Shown: positions 35,072 through 43,071 of the stretch, piece after piece
How the letters are laid out: each line of letters starts with the position of its first letter
How positions within the stretch are numbered: the stretch's first letter is position 1
Assembly (NCBI GenBank): GCA_012522135.1
Contig: JAAYLA010000030.1
Location: 1 to 43,071, forward strand
Direction: 5' to 3'
Source: Bacillota bacterium
Lineage (GTDB): Bacteria; Bacillota; Limnochordia; DTU080; JAAYLA01
Length of the DNA: 43,071 bases
Notes under the pieces: model-generated
Seen by the model: the letters and a program-made list of their open reading frames with translations, nothing else
What the model was told of the DNA's origin: nothing
Databases searched by the model: none
Position numbers and translations under genes: made by a program

Positions 35072-36340
35072 TTAACCTTCGGTCGACGGCCTATATTCCC
35101 GCTCCACGATATAAAGGGGCGGATCCTCGGCGAAGTGGGCGTTGCCGATGAGCACCGATTCCGCCAAGGCCGTCTCGGGTGCGACGCGGCCGGTGACGAT
35201 GTCCTCCCACGTTACGTAGAGCACTTCCCACGTCCAGCCCGGAATGGGACCGGCGAAGACGGTGTAGGGAGCCTGCTCCATCAACATGCGCATGATGGGG
35301 TTGTCCAGAAGCTCGGGATGGCTCCAAACGCTCACCTTGGCCGGAATGCGCCCGATCAAGGTGTTCAGCCGTACCAAGAACTCGTCGTCTTCGTGGATCC
35401 ACTTGATGAACTCGAAGGCGAGACGCTGCTTTTCAGGGGGCACCGACGCCATGACCGCCAGGCCCGATTCGTAGTTGTTGCGTCCCCGGGCGGGCAGGCT
35501 GTCTCCGGTTTCCGTCGGGAGAACCGTCACGCCCCACTCGAGGTCGAGGGTGTTCAGGTAGCCGCCGATGTGGGTCCAGCGATAGGCCATGGCCGCGTTG
35601 CCGCCTTCAAAACTGCCGGTGAGGGTCCGGGTGGGTGTCTCGCTGATCCCGGAAAGCATGATGTCGGCCAGCTGGTTCACCGCCCGGATGCCCGGCGCCT
35701 CGCCCCAGGTGACGCCGTTCGGTCCGTACAGGTACCCGCCGTTTTGGTAGAGCAGATCGAGCATCAGCCCCATGTCGTTTGCGGAAAAGCCGGCCTGGAT
35801 CAAGTTGTTGTCGGCGTCGATGCGGGTCAGTTTGCGGGCGAGGCCGAGAAAGTCATCCCAGGCACGGGGCACTTCCTCAACGCCGGACTGCACGAGGATG
35901 TTGCGGTTGTAGAAGATGCCTCCGGTCATGATGCCGCCCGGCATGAAGTAGAAGGCGCCGTCGTAGTTGAACGCCTGGTCGAAGTGGATGTAGTTTTCTG
36001 CCATTTCGTCGAGGGGAAAGAGATCTGCGGGAAAGGGGGCGAGATGTCCGGCGAACGCCGCGTACTGTTCATTGTGGAACTCGTTCAGGTCGGGGCCGAC
36101 GCCGGTGCTAGCTGCCAGGGCGAGTTTGCTCCAGAACTCCTCCCACGGCACGATTTCTACCTTGATGTGCACGTCGGGCCGCACCTCACGGTATTTGTCG
36201 GCCATCTCCTGGTAAAGGGCCCCGCGCTGATCGTACCAATCCCAAAGCACCAGTTCCGTCGCGGCCAAGGCCGGACCGGCCGTCGCCAGTATAAGGGCCA
36301 ATGTTGTGACAAACACGGCGTTGCGTACTGTGCGCACCAT
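35072..36340 (-). CDS. ABC transporter extracellular solute-binding protein (carbohydrate type), with no adjacent permease genes
   Basis: Signal peptide MVRTVRNAVFVTTLALILATAGPALAA and an SBP family-1-like length and composition. RBS GGGAGG. Confidence 0.8.
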   Translation of the reverse strand: MVRTVRNAVFVTTLALILATAGPALAATELVLWDWYDQRGALYQEMADKYREVRPDVHIKVEIVPWEEFWSKLALAASTGVGPDLNEFHNEQYAAFAGHLAPFPADLFPLDEMAENYIHFDQAFNYDGAFYFMPGGIMTGGIFYNRNILVQSGVEEVPRAWDDFLGLARKLTRIDADNNLIQAGFSANDMGLMLDLLYQNGGYLYGPNGVTWGEAPGIRAVNQLADIMLSGISETPTRTLTGSFEGGNAAMAYRWTHIGGYLNTLDLEWGVTVLPTETGDSLPARGRNNYESGLAVMASVPPEKQRLAFEFIKWIHEDDEFLVRLNTLIGRIPAKVSVWSHPELLDNPIMRMLMEQAPYTVFAGPIPGWTWEVLYVTWEDIVTGRVAPETALAESVLIGNAHFAEDPPLYIVEREYRPSTEG

Positions 36341-36440
36341 CGGACAGACCTCCCATCGTGGTTTTGCTTTCCCTTGTCTGCCTGTCTACCCGACTCAATT
36401 TGTGCACCGGTTGCAGTCTGGGGCGCACCACCTCGCTTCC

Positions 36441-37478
36441 TCAGGCGCTCGCTTGCCGGCTTTCGGTTCGTGCTCGGCCCGGGGCGCCGCACGAAGCCCT
36501 CACGACAAGCCGCGTCGGCAATGTGATCGGATCGGCCGGAGTGTTCTCTTCAATCAGCTGTAGAAGACTTCTGGCCGCGGCCAGCCCCATCTCGTAGCCC
36601 GACTGGCGGACGGTCGTGAGGGCGGGAGTCACGTGCTCCGAGGCGGGATCGTCGTCGAAGCCTACGACGGCCAGTCCATCCGGCACGGCGATGCCCTTGT
36701 CCCGGGCCCACTGCATGACGCCGAAGGCCATCAGGTCGCTCACGCAAAAGATCGCGGTCGGCACGGTACGGGCAAAGAGGCGCTCGGCCGCTCGGTAGGC
36801 CCCTTCCTTGGTAAAGTCGGCCTGCTCGTACAGCGTGTCGTCGGCTGGCAGGCCGGCGTCTTGCAAAGCTTGCTTGTAGCCTTCGTAGCGGTCGCGGATG
36901 ATCCGGCCGTTCGGTACACCTTGCAAGAACGCGATTTTGCGGTGGCCGAGGCGGAGCAAGTGGGTTACCGCCTCGTACGCGCCCTGGCGGTTGTCCGAGG
37001 CGATCCACGTGGCCTTGGGACCGGACGCCTGGGTATCGACGAAGACGGCGGGAATTTTGCTGCGCGCGACGGCTTGCACGAGGGGGCTCTCCTCCGCCAT
37101 GCCGATGACGACGATCCCTTCGAGCCGCTGCTCGTGCCAGCGCTGCAGGCACCCGTCGACCGAGTCGGCCTCAGGGTCGTAGACGGTAAGTGCGATGCCT
37201 AGGTCCGCCTCTTCTACGGCTGCGGCCAAGGCGACGATGAGCTGGTTGAACAAAGGGTGCGAGATCGACTGCTGCCCGACGGTGACGACGCCCACGGTAT
37301 GGCTGCGCTGGAGAAGGAGGTTGCGGGCGATGGAATTCGGATGGTAGTTCAGCTCGCGGATCGCCTGCAGTACCTTGCGGCGGGTGCTTTCACTGATGTC
37401 GTCGTACCCATTGATCACGTGGGATACCGTGCTCACCGAAACGCCGGCCCGCCGGGCGACATCCTTCAAACTGGCCAT
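36441..37478 (-). CDS. LacI family transcriptional regulator
   Basis: [28 protein letters not shown] followed by a periplasmic-binding-fold core. Confidence 0.9.
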   Translation of the reverse strand: MASLKDVARRAGVSVSTVSHVINGYDDISESTRRKVLQAIRELNYHPNSIARNLLLQRSHTVGVVTVGQQSISHPLFNQLIVALAAAVEEADLGIALTVYDPEADSVDGCLQRWHEQRLEGIVVIGMAEESPLVQAVARSKIPAVFVDTQASGPKATWIASDNRQGAYEAVTHLLRLGHRKIAFLQGVPNGRIIRDRYEGYKQALQDAGLPADDTLYEQADFTKEGAYRAAERLFARTVPTAIFCVSDLMAFGVMQWARDKGIAVPDGLAVVGFDDDPASEHVTPALTTVRQSGYEMGLAAARSLLQLIEENTPADPITLPTRLVVRASCGAPGRARTESRQASA

Positions 37479-37502
37479 CGCGTGTCACCTGCTTACCGGG
37501 AA

Positions 37503-37516
37503 CTATAACGTTATAG
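37503..37516. promoter_or_regulatory. Perfect 14-bp palindrome, LacI-family operator type
   Basis: CTATAACGTTATAG with a central CG, 25 bp upstream of the lacI-family start codon. Confidence 0.55.
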
Positions 37517-37724
37517 ACACAATTCTTCGGTGCAAGGCAATCTCCTTTCCCGAGTGATGCGTTTTGTCACAAATCGCACTGGGCGACCCTTTGCCAACGT
37601 ACCGCCCCTTCAGTTTCCGGAACGGGCGCTGCCGCGGGCCGTGCGAACCCGCGGCAGGACGCGAGGACCTGCGTCACGAACATGTGGGCATGCTATCCTA
37701 CGTCAGTCCACTGGAGGGATCGCG

Positions 37725-38330
37725 GTGAGCAACATCTCGGCTATTCAACCCGGTCTGTGGCGCTTTGACGGCTTGGAACAGGAGCACAAGTTTCCCGTCG
37801 TCGGCTACATCGTGCAGACGCCCGATGGCCTGATCTTGGTTGACCCTCCCCACGCACCGGAGGAGAAGGAGGAAATCGAGCAGCTCGGCCGGCCGTACGC
37901 TGCGGTGGTCACCGGGCCTTGGCACGTGCGCGGCGTTCCGCTGTGGGTGCAGGAGTTCGGTCTCTACGTGGCAGCTCCCCAGTCGGCCCGTGACGAGCTG
38001 CGGGAGGCCGGCCTTTACCCCGATATGATCCTGCTGGACGGCCAGGAGGAGTACGGCTTTCAAGTGCTCGGTCTTAAGGCGGGATCTTACGACGAGATCG
38101 CGTTTTGGCATCCAGAAAGCGGCACCCTTCTCGTGGGCGATTTGCTCACGGCCCGGGAAGACGGCCAGGTCGTGCTCGGCCCCAACGTCTACGCGAACGT
38201 GCCCCTCGCTGACCTTCAGCCGATCGTGGAGAGGCTCGCGGCGTTGCAACCTAAGCTGATCCTTTCCTCGCACTTAGGGCCGCGAGAAGATGCGCAAGCG
38301 ATTTTGGACGGGCTGACAGCGAACCTTTGA
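37725..38330 (+). CDS. MBL-fold-like protein lacking the HxHxDH motif (DUF4336-like)
   Basis: The GTG at 37725 follows GGAGGGA. The pattern GYIVQTPDGLILVDPP...AAVVTGPWHVRG...LLVGDLL...LILSSHL resembles the metallo-beta-lactamase fold order, but only one His sits at motif 1. Confidence 0.4.
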   Translation: MSNISAIQPGLWRFDGLEQEHKFPVVGYIVQTPDGLILVDPPHAPEEKEEIEQLGRPYAAVVTGPWHVRGVPLWVQEFGLYVAAPQSARDELREAGLYPDMILLDGQEEYGFQVLGLKAGSYDEIAFWHPESGTLLVGDLLTAREDGQVVLGPNVYANVPLADLQPIVERLAALQPKLILSSHLGPREDAQAILDGLTANL

Positions 38331-38440
38331 CGAACCCCGCGCACACGGGGCAGCGGCGGCAAAGGCCTTGGCTGTGTCCGGGGCCTTTGTCGCTTGCCCG
38401 CACCGCCTTTGGAATCTTTGGACGCGAAGGAGTGCCTCCC

Positions 38441-39091
38441 GTGAATCCCCTGTTGCTCGATATACCCCACGAGATTCACACCCAGCGCCTTACGATACGC
38501 GGGCCGCTTCCCGGCGACGGACCGGAGCTTTGCCGCGCCATGAACGAGACGTTCGACGAGCTAAAACCTTGGATGCCGTGGTGCCAGACCCGGCCTACCG
38601 AAGAGGAGTGCGAGCTGAACGTACGCCAGGCCCATATCGCCTTCTGGCAGCGCACAGAGCTGCGGATGCATCTGTACTTAAAGGATACCGACACTCTGGT
38701 CGGCAGCAGCGGCTATCACAACATCGAATGGGAGATCCCCAAGTTTGAGATCGGCTACTGGTGCCGCAAGCGATTCATGGGTCAGGGTTACATAACGGAG
38801 GCGGTGCGTGCTCTGACGGCACTCGCGTTCGACATCCTGGGAGCGCGGCGGGTGCAGATTTGCATGGATACGCTGAACGACGCCAGCAGACGGGTGGCGG
38901 AGAGGGTAGGGTACGTCTTTGAATCCGAGCAGCCAAACGAACGTACTTCAGGCGACGGCAAGGTGCGCAGCACATACGTCTACCGGCTCATTCCCGATGA
39001 GTACCGGGAGCTTGTGCGCAGCGGGCGTTTGCTGTCCTTCGCGGAGATTGGCGATAACCCTACGGTGAAACCCGTCCGATATAGAAAGTGA
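38441..39091 (+). CDS. GNAT family N-acetyltransferase (RimJ/RimL-like)
   Basis: The GTG at 38441 follows AAGGAG. IHTQRLTIRGPLPGD...WMPW...IGYWCRKRFMGQGYITEA...RVQICMDTLNDASRRVAERVGY. Confidence 0.75.
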   Translation: MNPLLLDIPHEIHTQRLTIRGPLPGDGPELCRAMNETFDELKPWMPWCQTRPTEEECELNVRQAHIAFWQRTELRMHLYLKDTDTLVGSSGYHNIEWEIPKFEIGYWCRKRFMGQGYITEAVRALTALAFDILGARRVQICMDTLNDASRRVAERVGYVFESEQPNERTSGDGKVRSTYVYRLIPDEYRELVRSGRLLSFAEIGDNPTVKPVRYRK

Positions 39092-39114
39092 CGGAAGGCG
39101 GGCCATGCCTTGGG

Positions 39115-39456
39115 CTACTGACTGCGATTGCGCCTGGCGGGCACACCGATTTGGCGCGTCAACCGGTCGGCTTCCGTTCGCTCGGCCTCCGACGCTCTGG
39201 CACGCTCGGCATCGCCCCCCGCCGCCATGCGCTCGGCGAGGCGACCCAGAAAGAGACCGCCTGCTGCGAAGGCGAGGCAGAGGAAGAGCCGGTAAAGGAT
39301 CAATCCCCAACCGATGGCAGCGTTATAGGAAACGAAGCGGCCTAGGTCAGTGAAGAGCGCGTACACGGCGGACGCGCCGGCGAGGATGCCGAAGAAGTGA
39401 GCTGCCGCCCCGATGCGCCGGATTACCGTGGCCTTGCCTATGACGTCCATGGCCAC
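39115..39456 (-). CDS. Small membrane protein (2-3 TM) with a charged C-terminal tail
   Basis: Hydrophobic segments AAAHFFGILAGASAVYALF and IGWGLILYRLFLCLAFAAGGLFL. No motif recognised. Confidence 0.45.
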   Translation of the reverse strand: MAMDVIGKATVIRRIGAAAHFFGILAGASAVYALFTDLGRFVSYNAAIGWGLILYRLFLCLAFAAGGLFLGRLAERMAAGGDAERARASEAERTEADRLTRQIGVPARRNRSQ

Positions 39457-39578
39457 CGCCCTTCCCGGGAGAATTGAATTCCGTTTTTTGAACGTTGCGG
39501 CCCCATCATAACACGGCCCACGTTGCGCGGCAAGGGGCTCTCGGAGCCGCGGTGTGATCTTGATGAGGAGGATATGCG

Positions 39579-40814
39579 TTGGCCAGCAGGGAATTGCAGC
39601 GGCTTGGCTCGGCGGTAAAGTACGGCGCGGTTCGGCGCCGCATGCGCACGTTGCTTTGGTTCGTCATGTGGGCCGTGGTCGGTTTCGCGGTCGTGTACGG
39701 GCCCCTTGACAAGGGCCTGGGACCGATGTCGATCGCCGGCGGCGTGGCCTTGGGAGCGTTGATGGCCCTCGGTGTCCACAGGTCGATGGTGAGCCGTCGC
39801 ACCCGCCGGCAGTGGCAGGTGCGGTTCGTCTGGCCGGCGCGGCTCGTCATGACCTACCTCGTCCTCATCGTTTTGTTGCAGCTGCACGCCACGGGCGCCC
39901 TGCCTGCGGTGCGGCGTAACTACGGCTATCAATTCGAGCGGCTGGCCGTGGCGATCTCCGCCCATTACCCTGCGTTACACGAGTTGGACCCTGATTGGGA
40001 AACGTTGCGCGCGACGTATGGACCGCGGGCGGCACAGGCCTCGAATGAAGAGGAGTTTCTCGAGATCGTAGCGGAGATGCTGTCCCGTTTTCACGACCGC
40101 CAAGTGTACGTCGTCGCACACGGGACCGAGGCGGAACGGAGCGCAACCCGCGCCGGGGAGCCCGCTGCGGCGCAGGGTGCCGCCGGTGGACGGGCAGTGC
40201 TCCGTGCCGAGGTGCTGCCTTCGGGTATCGGCTATATTGCCCTCAGTTCCTTCGGTTCGGGAACGGACGCCGCGAAACAGTTTGACGAGGCCTTGGACGG
40301 ACTCGGAGACGTTCCCGGCCTCATCATCGATGTGCGCGGCAGCAACGGCACGAGCTTCGATCAGGCGCACCGCGTCGCCGGTCGCCTTGTGGCCGAGCCC
40401 TTTACATACGGCACGGTCGAGTTCCGGCACCGCCTCCCGCATTTCGGCTGGGTGCGCCGGCTGACGTACACGGTCGTGCCCCGGGGCGACGTGTACCTGG
40501 GTCCCATCGTCGTGCTCGTCGACGGCAACACGCGGCGGGCGGCCGAGGCGTTTGCGTTGGCTCTGAAAACATCCGGAAGAGCCACGGTCATCGGCACGCC
40601 TACCGCAGGGCTCTTCGGTTTGCCGCTCACCTTTCGCCTCCCCGGAGGCGCAGTTCATTTTCCCGTCGGCCGCTTCAAACCCGCCGTCGGCGGTGAGGTA
40701 GAAGGCGCCGGCCTGCTGCCGGACATGGCGGTGGCGGGCGAAGCAGGCGAGACCGTGAGCGATGAGGATGTCGTGCTGGTGGCAGCCATAGACTACCTTA
40801 TACAACGGATTTGA
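39579..40814 (+). CDS. Membrane-anchored S41 (tail-specific/C-terminal processing) peptidase-like protein, probably non-catalytic
   Basis: TTG start 7 nt after AGGAGG. Three N-terminal TM helices. S41-core motifs GLIIDVRGSNGTS and VVLVDGNTRRAAEAFALALKTSGRATVIGTPTAG. Confidence 0.7.
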   Translation: MASRELQRLGSAVKYGAVRRRMRTLLWFVMWAVVGFAVVYGPLDKGLGPMSIAGGVALGALMALGVHRSMVSRRTRRQWQVRFVWPARLVMTYLVLIVLLQLHATGALPAVRRNYGYQFERLAVAISAHYPALHELDPDWETLRATYGPRAAQASNEEEFLEIVAEMLSRFHDRQVYVVAHGTEAERSATRAGEPAAAQGAAGGRAVLRAEVLPSGIGYIALSSFGSGTDAAKQFDEALDGLGDVPGLIIDVRGSNGTSFDQAHRVAGRLVAEPFTYGTVEFRHRLPHFGWVRRLTYTVVPRGDVYLGPIVVLVDGNTRRAAEAFALALKTSGRATVIGTPTAGLFGLPLTFRLPGGAVHFPVGRFKPAVGGEVEGAGLLPDMAVAGEAGETVSDEDVVLVAAIDYLIQRI

Positions 40815-40954
40815 GGCGAGCCCAGGCGCAGGCCGAAGGAGCGGCGCGCAGCGGCGCCTGCTTCGACAAGGACTTTCACAGCGGTTTCCAGAATGTAACA
40901 TGAATGCGCCTTGGGCTTGTCGCATGATCCGTTCCACTGGACGGGGGGTCGGTT

Positions 40955-43071
40955 ATGGCTGCGATACCGCCGGACTTACAACAGGAGCAAGCAAGACTGA
41001 CTCGCGTATTAGCGGAGATCGAACGGCAGCTAGCAAGCGTGCGGCAGACTTTGGCCGCCCGCCGGAACAGCGTGTTGGCGGGACGGAGACAGCTTTGGCA
41101 GAGCGGGTTGCATCAGGTAGGTTCGTTCGAGGACTTGGTCATCTTGGCGCAGGAGTCCCAGATCATGGGAGAGCAAGAGCGCGACCACGCTCTGTATCGC
41201 CGCCTGTTGGATCGGCTCGAGCGCATGTACCGTTCTCCGTACTTTGGCCGCATCGATTTCAGGGAGCTGGGCTACCCTGACGTCGAGTCCATCTACATCG
41301 GCATCTCGTCTCTAGTCGAGTCCGGCACGGGTAAACACCTAGTCTACGATTGGCGGGCGCCCGTGTCGAGCATGTTTTACGACGCGGAGCCGGGCCGTGC
41401 TTCGTACGTGTCCGAAGCGGGCATCGTCGAGGGCGACCTCCTTCTCAAGCGCCAGTACAAGATCGAAGAAGGCGAGCTGCGTTATTACTTCGACACGAAC
41501 CTTAAGATCGACGACGATGTGCTGCAGGAAGTGTTGGCCAAGCACGCCGACGACAAGATGCGGCACATCGTAACGAGCATTCAGCGGGAGCAAAACCGCA
41601 TCATCCGCGATGAAGAGCACCCGGTACTCATCGTCCAGGGACCGGCTGGCAGCGGCAAGACGTCCATCGCCCTGCACCGTGCGGCATATCTGCTTTACCG
41701 CTTCCGGGGACGCCTCACGGCCGACAATCTGCTCGTGTTCTCGCCGAACGAAATCTTCAGCGACTACATCTCGAACGTCTTGCCCGAACTCGGCGAGGAA
41801 CCGATCCACCAGGTCACTTTCATCGATTACGCACGCCGTTACCTCGGATCGCGGCTGCGTCTTGAGGCGATGGAAGACCAGATGGAGTACCTGTTCACCC
41901 AGCGGAGCGCGCCGGAATACGCCTTGCGCGTGCAGAGCATCCGGTATAAAGCCTCGCCCGCCTTCTTGCAGCTGATCGAAGCGTACGTGCAGCATTTGGA
42001 GTCGGGTGCGCACTTGGATTTGCAGGATATTTACTTCCGCGGCCGTCTGATTATGGACCGCCACGAGATGCTCCACCGGTTGCGCCACCGTTACAAGGAT
42101 TTGCCGTATGCCAAGCGGCTAGGAATGCTTTACCGGCGCATCCATTATTTGCTGGAGGAGCCGAAGCGGGAAGCCGTGGCGCGCCTCGCGGACGAGCTGG
42201 CGGCCGATCCCCAGTCGGCAGGGCTGTCGACCCGTGACATTCGACGGCGGAGCCGGCGGCTGGTGCAAGCGGAGCTGCGGACCGCCACCCAGTTTATAGA
42301 GGGCTGGCGGGACATCGACGCTGTCAGCCTGTACTACGATCTTTTCCAAGACGACGACCTGTTTCACCGGCTCGCGGCAGACACGAAATTGCCTGACTAC
42401 ATCGGCCGCGCGGAGCTCGAGCGCATCCGCCGCGCTACTGTCGAAAGCCTGAACGAGAGTTTTCTGCCCTTCGAAGACGTGGCGCCCCTTCTGTACTTGA
42501 GCTTGCGCGTCATGGGCGCACCCTCGTCCCAGTCCATACGCCACGTGATTGTCGACGAAGCGCAGGATTACTCGGTCTTTCATTACCAAGCGATGAAGGC
42601 GCTCTTTCCGGGAGGCAGCTTCACCATTCTGGGCGACATGAACCAGTCGGTGCATCCCTACATGAACTCCGGCACCTACGACGCCATTCTCGAGACGTTC
42701 GCCGACCGGGATCCTTTCTTGATCCGGCTGCAGCGGACGTACCGCTCCACCTTGCAGATTGCCCAGTTCACGCGAGCTATTCTGGGAGGAACGCCGGACA
42801 GCGAGTCGATTCAGCGTGAGGGACCGCTGCCGCGGCTCGTCGTGGTTCCAGAAGAGGAACGGGCGGAGGCGATCGCACGCGAAGTGACCCGCATGGCAAA
42901 AGGGGGAGCTGTGTCGATCGCCATCGTATGCAAGACGGCCCGAGAAAGCGCGGACTTGCACCGCCGGATCGGAAGCCGTATCGATGCCGAGCTGATCGAG
43001 AAGGGGGACAACGTCTTTCGCAGCGGCATCGTGATCGTACCCGTCTACCTGGCGAAGGGCCTCGAGTTTGA
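40955..43071 (+). CDS. helD: HelD-type UvrD-like helicase (RNA polymerase recycling factor), 3' end beyond the window
   Basis: Absent from the ORF track (no stop in the window). My own translation from the ATG at 40955 reads MAAIPPDLQQEQARLTRVLAEIERQL...SPYFGRIDF...LVYDWRAPVSSMFYD...VLIVQGPAGSGKTSIALHRAAYLLY...VIVDEAQDYS. These are the HelD N-terminal arm plus Walker A/B. Confidence 0.85.
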   Translation, partial: MAAIPPDLQQEQARLTRVLAEIERQLASVRQTLAARRNSVLAGRRQLWQSGLHQVGSFEDLVILAQESQIMGEQERDHALYRRLLDRLERMYRSPYFGRIDFRELGYPDVESIYIGISSLVESGTGKHLVYDWRAPVSSMFYDAEPGRASYVSEAGIVEGDLLLKRQYKIEEGELRYYFDTNLKIDDDVLQEVLAKHADDKMRHIVTSIQREQNRIIRDEEHPVLIVQGPAGSGKTSIALHRAAYLLYRFRGRLTADNLLVFSPNEIFSDYISNVLPELGEEPIHQVTFIDYARRYLGSRLRLEAMEDQMEYLFTQRSAPEYALRVQSIRYKASPAFLQLIEAYVQHLESGAHLDLQDIYFRGRLIMDRHEMLHRLRHRYKDLPYAKRLGMLYRRIHYLLEEPKREAVARLADELAADPQSAGLSTRDIRRRSRRLVQAELRTATQFIEGWRDIDAVSLYYDLFQDDDLFHRLAADTKLPDYIGRAELERIRRATVESLNESFLPFEDVAPLLYLSLRVMGAPSSQSIRHVIVDEAQDYSVFHYQAMKALFPGGSFTILGDMNQSVHPYMNSGTYDAILETFADRDPFLIRLQRTYRSTLQIAQFTRAILGGTPDSESIQREGPLPRLVVVPEEERAEAIAREVTRMAKGGAVSIAIVCKTARESADLHRRIGSRIDAELIEKGDNVFRSGIVIVPVYLAKGLEF

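Noticed and set aside
1-43071. Mobile elements, prophage, CRISPR arrays, tRNA/rRNA genes, toxin-antitoxin or known defence systems
   Set aside because: I scanned both strands. I saw no transposase, integrase or recombinase motifs, no regularly spaced repeats, no tRNA-like T-arm/acceptor patterns in the intergenic regions, and no defence-system signatures. The only UvrD-like helicase is a HelD-type housekeeping factor.

Overview
High-G+C window (about two-thirds G+C by eye) that looks like the chromosome of a Firmicutes/Clostridia-like organism: GGAGG-type RBSs, rnfCDGEAB gene order, an ecfA-ecfA'-ecfT module, csoR-copA-copZ and helD. I can support about 45 protein genes. I recognised no rRNA, tRNA, CRISPR array, transposase or known defence system. 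All protein calls come from reading motifs in the translations, with no database search.

Layout:
- 1-316: 5' end of a 2-oxoacid:ferredoxin oxidoreductase gamma-subunit gene.
- 506-1576: a RibBA-like protein whose catalytic motifs look degenerate in both domains.
- 1901-10297: one same-strand block holding a secreted tandem FMN-binding (PplA-like) protein, rnfCDGEAB with an internally duplicated RnfG, a lipoprotein ApbE flavin transferase, and a Gx (ECF-S-like)/NusG-domain-II fusion membrane protein.
- 10489-15603: a metal-homeostasis block (CDF exporter, csoR, copA, copZ, ZIP importer).
- 15631-18001: an ECF energising module with no S component next to it.
- 18124-25519: housekeeping genes (SprT-like, ThpR, MgtC/DUF4010, GlpQ, fumarase/aspartase-family lyase, GlpK, rhodanese).
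- 25803-37478: two carbohydrate loci (an ABC transporter; LacI-SBP-GH13), a CE15 esterase with a CPBP protease, and an MFS transporter.
- 37725-43071: an MBL-like protein, a GNAT, an S41-like protein and a 3'-truncated helD.

Best candidate for an undescribed system: the extended flavinylation/Rnf cluster, with five predicted ApbE target sites. A PplA-type extracytosolic flavoprotein and an S-component-like/NusG-II fusion are wired to Rnf rather than to an Ndh2/quinone pathway.

Other leads: an in-frame amber codon in csoR although both CsoR operators are intact; a ~520-bp non-coding, strongly self-complementary GC-rich region upstream of the CE15 gene; a secreted Gly/Ala-rich protein carrying a bacteriocin-leader-like motif; and an S41-like protein lacking its catalytic Ser.
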